From Pristiophorus japonicus (lineage: Eukaryota): a stretch of DNA of 64,000 nucleotides. Below, in pieces: positions 52,446-63,957 of the stretch. Where the stretch lies: NCBI RefSeq assembly GCF_044704955.1, contig NC_091999.1:61380001-61444000 (forward strand), in the 5' to 3' direction. Every line of letters starts with the position of its first letter. Within the stretch, counting starts at the first letter, position 1. The notes below the pieces were generated by a model. The model ran no database searches, had not been told where the DNA came from, and saw only the letters and a list, made by a program, of their open reading frames with translations. A program made the translations under genes and the position numbers.

Positions 52446-55400
52446 CTGATGGCCCCCTTGGCCGTGCCCAGGAGCCGTCCTACGAGGAGGCCCTCGGACC
52501 TACCCGCTCCCCTCCGCATAGGGTGCCCGAAGATCAGGAGTGTGGGACTGAAGTGCAGCCAGAATTTCAGGAGCAGCCCCTTTAAATAACAAAACAGGGG
52601 CTACAACCTCGTGCACTCAATAAAAACATGGAACACGGACTCTTCCAGACCGCAGAAATTGCAGGCGGCCTGGGAGCCCGTGAACCGGCTTAAAAATTTA
52701 TTGCACGGGACTACTCCGTTCACCACCCTCCAGGCCAAGTCCCCGATAAATAGTGGGAGGACGCCTGCATAGAGTGCCCTCCATCGGTGACCCCCGCCTC
52801 CTCCGGACGGCAAGATGGTACGCCATGGCGTGTCCGGACGGCAGGCGAGGTTGGCAAAGTTGAGAGTGTGCAGGAGCAGCCCGTACAGGAAACCCCTCCG
52901 CGCGGAACTGAAAGGCACGGAGGGGATTTCCCCGAGGCGGCTCAAGTTGTGAGGCGCCGGCCCCCGAGGGAGGTTCCGGGGTTTGGCGCCGATGAGGAAT
53001 TCCGTCCGGACGGGGGTCAGTTCGGACGGGATCTGCCCACGTGCTTGAGCCTCCTCGATGCACCAAACAGAGTCGGGGCCCAGAGCTGTTTTTAGCGACT
53101 CAATGGCATCGGCCGCATGGCGGACGTTGGCAGAATTTAGGCGCCGCGCCAGCGGTCTGGTGCCATCCAGCCCGATCCTCCGCCATCGAGCAGGTCCCTC
53201 ACCCTGGTCACCTCACCAGCCACAGCCCTCTCGTCCGACCACCACCTAAAACCTTGGTCGTGGAGGTACGGATTCCCGAGCAGCGGCTCCTGCAGGACGG
53301 CCGCCACTCCAGCTGGTGGAGAGCTGCGCTTGGTGGAGACTTTGTTCCAGACTCTGATGAGTTCCTTGTAAAAGACAGGCAGCTCCCGGAGGGAGGTCCT
53401 GACGCCCCCCACACTCACAAAAAGGAGCTGCGTGTCATAATTGATGTCGTGCTGCTGGCGGAAGAAATACGTAGCGAGAGCACACCACCTGGGAGGGGGC
53501 TCGACGTAAAGGTATCTCTGCAGGGTCTGAAGACGGAAAGTCGCGAGCTGGGCGCTGACGCACACCAACGACTGACCGCCCTCCCCAAGCGGGAGACTCA
53601 AGACCGCGGCAGAGACCCAGTGCTTCCTGTTGTTCCAGAAGAAGTCCACCAGCTTCTTCTGTATCTTGGCGACAAACGCAGGGGGAGGGGTTAAAGTGAC
53701 CAGCCGGTACCACAGCATTGCGGCCACCAGCTGGTTTATGACTAGCGCTCGACCCCTGTAGGACAGCACTTGGAGCAGTCCTGTCCAGCGCCCTATGCGA
53801 GCGGCGACCTTGGCCTCCAGCTCCTGCCAGTTCACCACCCACACATCCTCGTCGGAGCTAAGGTAGACTCCCAGATAGAGGAGATGGGTCGTGCTCCAGG
53901 CAAAAAGCCTGAGCTCCTCCGGCAGGGAGTCCACCCGCCACTGACACACCAGGAGTCCGGAATATTTCTCCCAATTGAATCTGGTGGAGGACGCGGCCGA
54001 GTAAACCTCCTGGCACTCACGCATCCTCCGCAGGTCAGCGGGATCCTCGACCGCGAGGAGCACGTCACAGGTGTAAGCCGAGAGGACGACCTCCATGCCC
54101 GGCCCTTGCAGAGCCAGTCCCGTCAACCTCGTCCGCAAGAGGCGCAGGAAAGGCTCCACGCAAACGGTGTATAACTGGCCGGACATGGGGCATCCCTGGC
54201 GCACCCCTCTCCTAAAGCGAAGGGGCGCCGTCAAGGACCCGTTAACCTGAAGCAGACACTCTGCGGCGGCGTACAAAAGTCGGATCCGGGCGACGAAATG
54301 CATCCCGAACCCGAAAGCGCACAGAGTTCCGAGCAGATAGTCGTGATCCACCCTGTCGAACGCCTTCTCTTGGTCGAGGGATAGGAAGGAGACTGACAGA
54401 CCAGCCTCCTGGGAATGATGGATGAGGTCCCGGACCAGATGGATGTTATCGTAAATTGTCCGGCCCGGGACCGTGTAGGACTGGTCGGGGTGGATCATGT
54501 TGTCCAGCACGGCACCAAGGTGAGCAGACATCGCCCTGGCGAAGATTTTGTAGTCTGTGCTGAGGAGGGAGACCGGGCGCCAGTTCTAAAGGAGGCGGAG
54601 ATCGCCCTTCTTAGGCAGCAGGACGATGACTGCCCTGTGCCAAGAGAGGGGCATCTCCCCGGTCACCAGACTTTCCCCCAGGACCCGCGCGTAGTCACCC
54701 CCCAGGACGTCGCAGAACGCCCTGTGGAACTCCACGGTCAGCCCGTCAAGCCCCGGGGCTTTTCCCCTCGAGAGCCGGTCGGCACCGGTCAGCTCCGCCA
54801 GGCTTAGCGGAGCTTCCAGATTTTCGGCGCCTTCCGGGATGACCTTTGGCAGGTCCTCCCACAAAACTCTATTCGCTTCCTAGCTGGACGGCTCCGGAGA
54901 GAACAGAGCCCCGTAATGTTCACGGGCCCTGTTGCTGACGCCCTCCGAATCCGCGACGAGAGAGCCGTCATCGGCCAGCAGCGTCAAGAGCTGCTTACAG
55001 ACACCCTGTCTTTTTTCCAGTGAGTAGAAGAAGGGGGAGCCGCAGTCCAGATCCCGCAAGAACCGGATCCGCGACCTTACGAATGCGCCTCGGGACCCGA
55101 CGAGCTGCAGGTGCTTCAGCGCGGCCTTCTTTGCTTTTTACACCGTCCGCAGGGCCGGGTCCTGGACGACTTGACCGAGACGGGCTTCCAGGTCGAGCAC
55201 CTCTTTTTCTAGGCGCCCAACCCTGGCCGCACGCCTCTTGGTCGACCCCCTCGCGTACTCTTGACAGAAGACGCGGACGTGAGCCTTGCCCACGTCCCAC
55301 CATAGCCTCAAGGAGGGGAAGCCCCCCTGCTTCCTTCTCCAGTCGGCCCAGAAACGACGGAACGAGTCCTGGAACCGCACGTCCTCCAGCAGCCGGTTGT

Positions 55401-58400
55401 TAAAGTGCCAGTACGCGGACCCCGTCCTCGCGCGGAGCGAAGCGAGCTCCGCCCACACCAGGTGGTGGTCCGAACACAGCACCGGCCGCATGGAGGCCGC
55501 CAGGATGCAGGAAACGTATGCCCAAGACACGTAAACGCGGTCGACTGTGGACCATCCTACTCCAGGCCTCACCCAAGTAAAGGCGCTGGAGTCGGGGTGG
55601 AGATTTCGCCAGACATCCACCAAGTCGAAGGACCCGACCAGGTCCCTCAACTTCCCCATCACCGTCATGCTCTGCGGGGCACTGGAGCGGTCCATCGCCT
55701 CGAGGGTGCAGTTAAAATTCCCCCCCCAGGGCAATGCAGTCGCCGACGTCGACGGAGCCAAGAAGAGCGAACACTTCTTCGAAGACGCGCACTTGCTGCG
55801 GGCCGAGCTGAGGGGCGTACACGTTCACGAGATGGAGCGGCACGTCCCCCAGGCGAACCGTTACGTGCCGCAAGCGGCCTGGAACGGGATCCTCGACCCC
55901 CAAGATCTCCGGCTGAAAATGCGGGGCCAACAAGATGGCCACCCCACTAGAAGTGGTAGTGAGGTGCCTCATGCGGACCTCTCCTTGTCATTCCAGGAGC
56001 CACGTGAGTTCATCTCCCGGAACGGTGTAGGTTTCTTGCAGGAAGCACACCGCATATTTCCCCTCCCGCAGGAGCGAAAAATTGTCAAATCTACGGCGTG
56101 CCACTCTGCCGCCGTTGATGTTGAGGCTGGCTATGTTTACCTTCATGACTAGAGCATAGTGCAACCTCTACCTAACCTATTGTGGGGGGGGAGTGGAGTC
56201 GTTTGTTGACCTCCACTCCTTCAGCAGCCCAGCGAGGAACTTTTTGAGCCGGCGCATCTCAAGGTCTTGAGCCTTTGATAAGGGCCCGCCCACGGCCATG
56301 GTATTAGCGGCGGCGCGGACGGACGCAACGAGCAACACCGGCTCAGACCATCTTTCCAGGGCCAGGCGGGCTTGGTCGCGGTGACCCCGGCACTGGACCA
56401 AAAAGTCCCGGAGTTCCTTTACAGGAATGAGGAGGGTCCCAGCGGCGGCCGCGAGCAGATCCACCGCCTCACTGGCGTTGGACTCTAGATCTTCTCCTGC
56501 GTCCTCCACCGAGTCCCCGTCCCCCTCCGGGAGGTTGCCGCTAGCAGCCGGCCCGTCGACCGCACGAGATACGGCAAACGGCCCCGCCGCTCCATCTGGC
56601 CCTGGCTCTGCCCCGATCCCACCCCCAGGATCGTCAGCAGAGGAGTCCCCACTGGGCTCTTCTAAAATTGGTGCTGGGTCGGGAAGCTTCAGCGGAAGGG
56701 GCTCCTCCTCCGCCCCAGGAGCCGGGGAACACGGAGAGACCTGGTTTAGGAAATTCTCCAGGTCCATCATGTCCCTCAGCTCCAAAGTAGGGGGCGAGGG
56801 TTGTTGTTCATCCCCCTCCCCGCCGCCACCCCCCGGCCCAGCGTGTGGATGGATATTACAGTTGTCTGCAGTGTCAGTTTCTGCCGAGTCGAGCAAATCC
56901 CGGGGGAAGTTGGGTATTGGCTGGGCGGGCTCAGGTTTGGCCTTTTCGGCCCCGCCCGCCTCAGTCCCCGGGACGCTCGACCCAGCGGCCACACATTCTT
57001 CCGCTGGCCCCACGCCCCCCACGACAGGCAGATCTTTCACGCCGTCCCCGGGAGGCAGCGGCTGGGCAGCCTCGACTGTCTCACCCTCCCCGGGGACAGA
57101 CTCCTCTCGACTACAGCGCAGCTTGGGGGCGCTGGTGGGGGACGCGGGACACGCGGCGGGCACCGCCTTCTCCACGGAGGTATGTTGTTCCCCCTCCGCC
57201 TCATTGGAGCGGCGCCTCCTTTTGTTCTTGGGAGTGAGTGGAGGCAGGGAGACCCCCATGTCTGCCGAGGCATCCTGCTCCACTCCCCCCTTTTCCTTAA
57301 CATGCCCGCGCCCGAACCCCTCTGCGGTATTGATGGAGGGCTCGGGCACGGGCTCAGGGCACCCCGCGCTCGCCGGTGACGGGGTTGGGCTGAGCGCGAT
57401 AAACAGATTGTCTGGCGCACCGAAGGGACCCGCCTCGAGATGTTTCGTCTTCTTCCGCGCCTTCCTTCCGGCCGGACGCTCTCCCTCCCCCCCGCCGGAT
57501 GCCGTGAAAACAAAGGCCCCCGACGATGCCCGCGCACCTACGGCTTCCGGCACGCGGACGCTACTAGGGGGAGGGGTGGCGGCTGCGCCAGCCTTGGCCG
57601 CTTTCGGTGGTTTGGCGGCTTTGGAGGCGGGGCAGTTCTTGCGAACGTGTCCCACCTCCCTACAGGAATGGCACCGCACGCCGTCCGACGTCCAGAAGAC
57701 GCGGTAGGCAGTCCCCTCGTGCACCACATTAAAATTCCCCTCCGTCGTCTCCTCCCGCGCCAGCCGGACAAAGAGCTGGCGGCGGAAGGAGAACACGTGG
57801 CGCAGGCTGTTCTCCCTGAGGCCGAGCGGTATGGGGTTGATCCCCGACCTTACCTCCCCCAGTTGGTGTAGGTGAGGGAGGAGGAGCTCAGCGGCAACAA
57901 AGGGCGGGACGTTTAAAATGATGACCCTCTGCGCGGTGGCCTCGAGAGGGTCCACCGGCAGGAACGTCCCGCCCACCGTGAGCCCCTTTTCAAGGGCCAG
58001 GGACACCGGTCGCTCCGACCCCAGGAAGAACACGGCCTTCCCAGACATCTTGGAGGCTGCGACAATGGCCGAGGGGCCGACTACCCCAGCCATCGCCCGC
58101 ACGCACTCCTCGATGCTCATTGTGGGGTGAGTGTAGCCCTTGACCCCGTGTTTTTTAGTTATCAGTCTGAATGGTGGCAGGGCAACAGGAGGCGCAGGAG
58201 GTGCCGTGGATGTGGACGCCGCCTGCGCATAATTTCTAGCTGGCCCTGCCACCAGCGTGGATGGGGTCGCCATCACGGGGTCCCTTTAAGGGCGACACCC
58301 ACCCCAAAGTCACAGGCCTTAATGGTCTTAACTGGCCTCGTTTAAGTATCTAACAGCGGGAGCTCTGAAAGAGGCACTCCTCTCCCCTAGTTTGCAATTG

Positions 58401-59191
58401 GGGAGGGGCCTTGCTCCCTCTGCTCAGTTGTCTTAATTGTTCTTGTCTTTTTTTTCCAATTGGGAGGAAAGGCTCTCAGAGAGAGAGGGGGGAGACAGAG
58501 AGAGAGACAGAGTGATGGGGTGTGGGAAAGAGGGAGGCTGCAAGGGCAGGTCTCCCTTCACAGTAATGGGTGGGTGCACTCCCCAGATGGCAAACAAAAC
58601 AGTCTTTGGGGTGATCTTCGGGTGGGGGGAGAAGATGTCTTCACCTGGGGCAGCTGGAGCCACACAGGTACACACTCCCAACGATGTTAATTAGGGTGAT
58701 TCAGTTTCTTCAGCCTGGTAGCTCCAGCTATCCCAGGCTAGGCAATTGGGTGAGGGGTGCTTCAGTGGTGTGTGGGCCTAGCTGTAGGCAAGACCCCCAC
58801 ACACACTTCCACACACACACACCCCCCGCGCGATGTTCTGGCCCTCGATTGGTCTTCTTTCCTCCCCCCACCGATACAACAAAGTCTTTTTGGTGAATGC
58901 ACCAAAACACACCCACCTTTGGCTGAAGAAGTCCTTCCCTCCTTCCACACTGGTAAGTTGTTGTTCTTTTTTCCACCTCTTTCCAACTCTTTGTTGAAAT
59001 AATGAAGCAGTCTTCTGCTCTCCTCCTCTCACTCTAGATGAATGGTAATGAAGCCCCTTCCTGCCTCCTGTTCCTGGACTGGTCTCAGGGCTCACTCCAG
59101 GCCTTCCAGACAGAAGCTAAAGCAGGGAGTTCCTTCTCTCACAGCAGCCAGGCTCCAAGTGCATAGGCCACGCCTCCAAAGCTCCATCATT
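52446..59191 (-). mobile_element. Tx1 copy C: intact 5' end and ORF1, disrupted ORF2, 3' end missing
   Basis: Same 5' terminus as copy A (AATG(G/A)TGGAGCTTTGGAGGCGTGGCC). Confidence 0.93.
56177..58273 (-). CDS. Tx1 ORF1 nucleic-acid-binding protein (CCHC zinc knuckle), uninterrupted, 698 aa
   Basis: MATPST...HGVK..AASKM..NVPPF..SFRRQ..CHSCREVGHVRKNCP followed by a long low-complexity tail. Confidence 0.85.
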   Translation of the reverse strand: MATPSTLVAGPARNYAQAASTSTAPPAPPVALPPFRLITKKHGVKGYTHPTMSIEECVRAMAGVVGPSAIVAASKMSGKAVFFLGSERPVSLALEKGLTVGGTFLPVDPLEATAQRVIILNVPPFVAAELLLPHLHQLGEVRSGINPIPLGLRENSLRHVFSFRRQLFVRLAREETTEGNFNVVHEGTAYRVFWTSDGVRCHSCREVGHVRKNCPASKAAKPPKAAKAGAAATPPPSSVRVPEAVGARASSGAFVFTASGGGEGERPAGRKARKKTKHLEAGPFGAPDNLFIALSPTPSPASAGCPEPVPEPSINTAEGFGRGHVKEKGGVEQDASADMGVSLPPLTPKNKRRRRSNEAEGEQHTSVEKAVPAACPASPTSAPKLRCSREESVPGEGETVEAAQPLPPGDGVKDLPVVGGVGPAEECVAAGSSVPGTEAGGAEKAKPEPAQPIPNFPRDLLDSAETDTADNCNIHPHAGPGGGGGEGDEQQPSPPTLELRDMMDLENFLNQVSPCSPAPGAEEEPLPLKLPDPAPILEEPSGDSSADDPGGGIGAEPGPDGAAGPFAVSRAVDGPAASGNLPEGDGDSVEDAGEDLESNASEAVDLLAAAAGTLLIPVKELRDFLVQCRGHRDQARLALERWSEPVLLVASVRAAANTMAVGGPLSKAQDLEMRRLKKFLAGLLKEWRSTNDSTPPPQ

Positions 59192-59207
59192 GGTCCTTGT
59201 GCATGAA

Positions 59208-59399
59208 ACTCTTTTTGGGAGTAAACAAAAAACATTAAACCGTACCCCCCCCCCCGATCTGGGGGAAACACCAAACATTTACAGGCCCTTTTATTTTTTG
59301 TGGTATTTTTTGGGGGGTTTTTTTGGGCACAAAAACATATTTTTTCTCCAAGTGCCCCCTATAAAAGGGGAGGGTGACACTAAAAGCACCGGCAATTAA
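59208..59399 (-). mobile_element. Tx1 copy D: 3' UTR-only fragment (about 190 bp)
   Basis: Homologous to 42866-43020 and 50009-50180. Confidence 0.88.
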
Positions 59400-60084
59400 T
59401 GTTAGTTTGCAGGTGCAGCAGGTAATAAGGAAGGCGAATGGAATGTTGACATTCATTGCCAGAGAGATGGAGTACAAAAGCAGGGAGATCCTTCTGCAAC
59501 TGTACAGGGTATTGGTGAGGCCGCACCTGGAGTACTGCGTGCAGTTTTGGTCACCTTACTTAAGGAAGGATATACTAGCTTTGGAGGGGGTACAGAGACG
59601 ATTCACGAGGCTGATTCAGGAGATGAGAGGGTTACCTTATGATGATAGATTGAGTAGACTGGGTCTTTACTCGTTGGAGTTCAGAAGGATGAGTGTTGAT
59701 CGATAGAAACATTTAAAACAATGAAAGGCATAGACAAGATAGAGCAGAGAGGTTGTTTCCACTGCTCGGGGAGACTAGAACTAGAGGGCACAGCCTCAGG
59801 GGAGCCAATTTAAAACTCAGTTGAGAAGGAATTTCTTCTCCCACAGAGTTGTGAATCGGTGGAATTATCTGCAAAGGGGAGGAATTGAGGATAGCTCATT
59901 GAATGTATTCAATTCACAGAAAGATAGATTTTAACCAATAAGGGAATTAAGGGTTATGGGGAGCGGGCGGGTAAGTGGAGCTGAGTCCACGGCCAGATCA
60001 GCTATGATCTTGTTGAATGGCGGAGCAGGCTCGAGATGCAAGATGGCCTACTCCTGTTCCTAATTCTTATGTTCTTATGTTCTT
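59400..60084 (+). mobile_element. Host CR1 LINE, right part (ORF2 C-terminus plus 3' end)
   Basis: Resumes at GTTAGTTTGCAGGTGCAGCAG; LVRPHLEYCVQFWSP; (TTCTTATG)n tail. Confidence 0.95.
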
Positions 60085-60446
60085 GTGAAGTTGTCCATCA
60101 GAACAAGGGAAATGCTTTACCACTGGATTTATTGACGGTTCTGTTGGTGATTATCAATGGGATCGCTTCATGTCCCACCACACAGGAGTGAGAGGCGCCG
60201 CAGGCCCACTCCTCGGCTGCAATGGATAGCAGGCTGTACATGAAGAAGGAGCTGCTACCGTTCTCCGCCATCACCTCGGTGTTCTTGTAGTTGCGGGAAT
60301 CCACCGGCTTGTCATTGACGGTCCATTTGACGAAGATCTCTCGGGGGGAGAACCTCTCACTAAGCAGGTGAGGCTGACCAACCTCTGAGCAGAGACTTCT
60401 GCTGAGGGCAGGAGGACAGACACGGCTGGTTCCCGCGGATCTTTCG
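60085..60446 (-). pseudogene. IGHM: IgM heavy chain CH4 plus secretory-tail exon, frameshifted
   Basis: Acceptor CTACAG|CG; [27 protein letters not shown](F)[44 protein letters not shown]; 1-nt deletion near 60350 and a tailpiece deletion. Confidence 0.88.
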
Positions 60447-61361
60447 CTGTAGAACAGTTACAACAAAGGCCAATGAACTGGATAGTTCAGAGACAATGGG
60501 GGAATTTCAACCCAATACAGCGGGCGGGTTTTGGGCGTGGAGGTTGTTAAATTGGTAAAAATTAGAATCCCTACCTCAACTCGCCTACTTCCAGTTGTAA
60601 TATTATATTTGAGTAATATATTTAAATGAGACTTGAATCCTCTATTTTAACCACCATTTGGTGTTTAACAGTCGCTGGTCCGGTTTGACACACTGTGTAA
60701 ATCTCAGCAGTTACAGCAAGGTGGAGATTGCTGCTCCCAGGTGGTAATTGCCCTTACACCTACCTCCTGGATCCAGGGTCCCTGCCTAACCCACCCCCCG
60801 CGATCCGCGACCTCCTCATTCGGCTTCCAATCCTCCCGTTTTCACTGGTGGCCTGTGAGACCAACGCCCACAACTCGCCTTCCTCATTTAAATTCAGCAA
60901 ATTCCGGTGGTTAGATGTGACAGAAATGGACACTGCGTTGAATTTTTACGCTTTTCCTTTTCCCCTCTGTTGCCTCTCTGGTTTTCCATCCCTTATCCGA
61001 GGGAACGTAATCTTTCTCTCTGAAATCTTGAAGCATTGGACTGGAAAATGACAAAGAATTTAATGCACACAACGAGGAGATTTGGCTAACTGGTCTATGC
61101 CGGTGTTTATGATCGAAACAACCCTCCTCCGAGCCCACGTCATCTAAACCAAATAATATACCCTTCTATTTCTTTCTCGCTCATGGACTTATCCAGTTTC
61201 CCCTAAAATACATAATGTCAGGTCCCAGAGTGCTGAGTTGGTGGAATTACCAACCTGAATGATCAGAGTAGCCATTAAACACTTTATATAATCAATTGGC
61301 CCTTGCACACGCATCGAAATTGTCGCAGTGTCTTACTTATTGCAACAATCTCCCCGCTCAC

Positions 61362-61669
61362 CCTTTTCCTTGTGGATGGAATCTCTGAGAGGAGTCGGCA
61401 TATCCTGATGGCTCACCACGCAGTAGAACTTATTCCCACTCAGCCAGTCTTGTGTCGAGATGTTTAAGTTGCTGATCACACTGTTGGGATCCTCTCCGGG
61501 TTGGACGGCAATCTCTGATTTCAAAGTCTCGTTTTTTCGGGTCCAGGTCACGGTGAGCCCATATGGAGCGTCAGCCACGACGCAGGTTAAGGTCACCGTC
61601 GCCTCCAGTAAAACCTGTTCCAGTGATGGTGGGCGAAGAGTGATTTTTAATCGCTGCATGGGACATCCA
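61362..61669 (-). pseudogene. IGHM: IgM heavy chain CH3 exon, apparent 1-nt frameshift near the 5' end
   Basis: [35 protein letters not shown]; G|GTGAG donor; the phase-1 reading gives VDVPCSD*. Confidence 0.85.
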
Positions 61670-62377
61670 CTGCAAAACAGGAATGAAAGTCAGGAAAAGC
61701 CGCATCTTCAGAATCAGGACACCAATAATTAGCCTTAACTCTTTCAAGGGGAATAACTCACTTTTGAGATATCAACCTCTCGCTATTACTTGAACACCGG
61801 CGTTATGGAAGGGCAATGAATTGGCAACGATTCCGGGGAATCTGTAATATTTCCTGTGTATTTGAGCTAGAGCCACCTGTAATGGCCTGTGAAGGAAATA
61901 CCTGGCGTAAAATGGGAATAAATTGGGACACAATTGTGATAGGCACTGAATAGCGCTCTTCCTGAAATCCCTTGCTCCTTTACGCCTGTCTATAGATTCT
62001 TGCACCCAAATGCATCCCCACTGGTTATAATTGCTGAAGCCCGAATATCCCCAAGTTCAAGAGGTCTACACCAGCATTATACTGGTTCAAAACCAGTGTC
62101 AAATTAATTTCAGGATTTATGGGACAACAGGAAACAAAGTTAAGTTTCTAGTCTTTTGCTGCTATTTTTGTTGCGATGAAAATGTGCAGGAACCAGTCAC
62201 ATCCCCCGTCAGAGGAGAAGTGCAAGGTCCGGAGAATGGAGTTGCAAGGAATCTTTTGTGGTGGGGCATCATTTGTAATGATGTGAGGTAGTTTGTTAAT
62301 ATCTGTAATTACTGAACATTTATCATGTCTGGTGAGAGAGATTCCGAAAGCACTATTACCTCAGGGCATTAATAGCA

Positions 62378-62930
62378 ACATAGGAACAGGAGAAGGCCAT
62401 TCAGCCCATCCATCCTGTCCCGCCATCCAGTTAGATCATGGCTGATCAACACACAAAACCATCTTCACGCCTTGGTTATGTAACCCATGATAAACTTGCC
62501 GAACAAAACTCTATCTATTTCAGTTTTCAACTTTTCAATTGAAAGCGAGTGTCAGCAGCTTTTGGGGAGGGAAATCCCGACTTGCACTATTCTTCCAGTG
62601 AGAAAATCCTTTCTAACATCACCTCGGCACGGCCTAGCTCTAATGTTAAGGTTCTGCTATTTGTTCTGGACTCTCCCATCAAACTAAATAAATGTTTCTA
62701 TATCTACTCGATCAATTCCATTTATCATCTTAAACACCTCAATTGGATCATCTCTTAACTTTCTATACACGCCACCTGATCATTTTACATTATTAGCCCC
62801 GGTATAATTAGGGTAAACCTGCAGTTTAGCACCTCCACGTGTATCCTTCCTGAGGTGCGGAGCCCAGAATTGGGCTCAGTACTCTGAATAAGTAGATGCC
62901 CATTCTTGCAGTGGGTTCCTGGACAGTTAG
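62378..62930 (-). mobile_element. Old CR1 3' fragment in an IgM intron
   Basis: AACATAGGAACAGGAGAAGGCCATTCAGCCC..GATCATGGCTGATC matches the reverse complement of CR1 3' ends elsewhere in the window. Confidence 0.7.
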
Positions 62931-63084
62931 CAGTAAAGGATTCGAGACTCCTATTGCCATTCCGTATATGATTAGCCAACTCGGGGTATACCTGAGACTA
63001 AGGACACTTCACTCACTGCCTGACACCAGAGCAAGGGGAAAGCTTTTTTGGCGAGGTTAATAAACCCTGAGCAATGAGGAATCC

Positions 63085-63515
63085 TGAACCAAAAGATCGT
63101 GGGTTGAAGTCCCACTCCAGATATTTGATCACAATATGTAAGCTGAGTCTCTCAGTGCAGTACTGGGGGCGTGGTGCATTGTCGGAGGTGCCGTCTGTCG
63201 GATCATGTGTTAAACCAAGAATCCGTCTAGTCTCTCAGGTGGAGGTAAAAGTTCCCCTGGAATTATTTCAATGAAAAGCAGAGGAGTTCTCCCTGGTGGC
63301 CTGGGAATATTAATCCCTCAAGAAATAACACTAAACAAAAAAAATGGTCATTATCACACTGCTGTTTGTGGGAGCTTGCTGTGCACTAAATGACTGCCGC
63401 ACTTAGTACATTACAACTGTGACCACATTTCACAACTTAATTCATTGCCTGGCAAGCGCTTTGGTTCAGTCTGTGGTCGCTGAAGGCGCTGTATAAAGGC
63501 AAAATTGTATTGCAA
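63085..63515 (+). mobile_element. Deu-domain SINE (SacSINE1/AmnSINE-related), near full length
   Basis: CAGTGCAGTACTG..GTCGGAGGTGCCGTCT..CTCAGGTGGA..GCTGTTTGTGGGAGCTTGCTGTGC..GGCGCTGTATAAA. Confidence 0.8.
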
Positions 63516-63639
63516 GAATACACAAACTGCATGATTGGCAATTAGGAATATTCCTCTGCTTTCTACTAATTTCAATAAACGTCCTGACTGAGATCAGCGC
63601 TCAGAATGGTCTGGAACCTCCCGGGATTGTGCCTCTTAC

Positions 63640-63957
63640 CCTGAGATCTGCTGAAGTTACGGCTTTGTGTGCCCCCTTCATGAGTGACCTGGCAGGTGTA
63701 GACCGAGCCGGTGAACCATTCCCTGGCGGGGAGTGTCAGCCGACTGGCCGTCAAAACGTTTCCGTTCATCTCAAAGGCGGGAGAGGTGATAAAGCCCGTA
63801 TCCAGGAGTTGTCCACTCTTCAGCCAATTCACGGTCAGTGACTTTGGCCTTAATTCGATGATTGAACACATGGCGCTTACATATCTGCTGCAGATGATTT
63901 GTTCAGTGGAACTTAGCAAGTGGAGAACAATTGGAGGAACGATGATCCGTTCAGGAC
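63640..63957 (-). CDS. IGHM: IgM heavy chain CH2 exon (open frame, part of a probable pseudogene)
   Basis: Acceptor GTGAAG|GT; MCSIIELRPKSLTVNWLKSG..GFITSP..SRLTLPAREW..YTCQVTH; CAG G|GTAAG donor. Confidence 0.85.

Noticed and set aside
43058-58130. Many plus-strand ORFs of 100-430 aa over the Tx1 elements
   Set aside because: Antisense shadows of GC-rich Tx1 coding sequence.
60495-60915. Possible non-autonomous DNA transposon in the CH3-CH4 intron
   Set aside because: Only a vague resemblance; the ends could not be defined.
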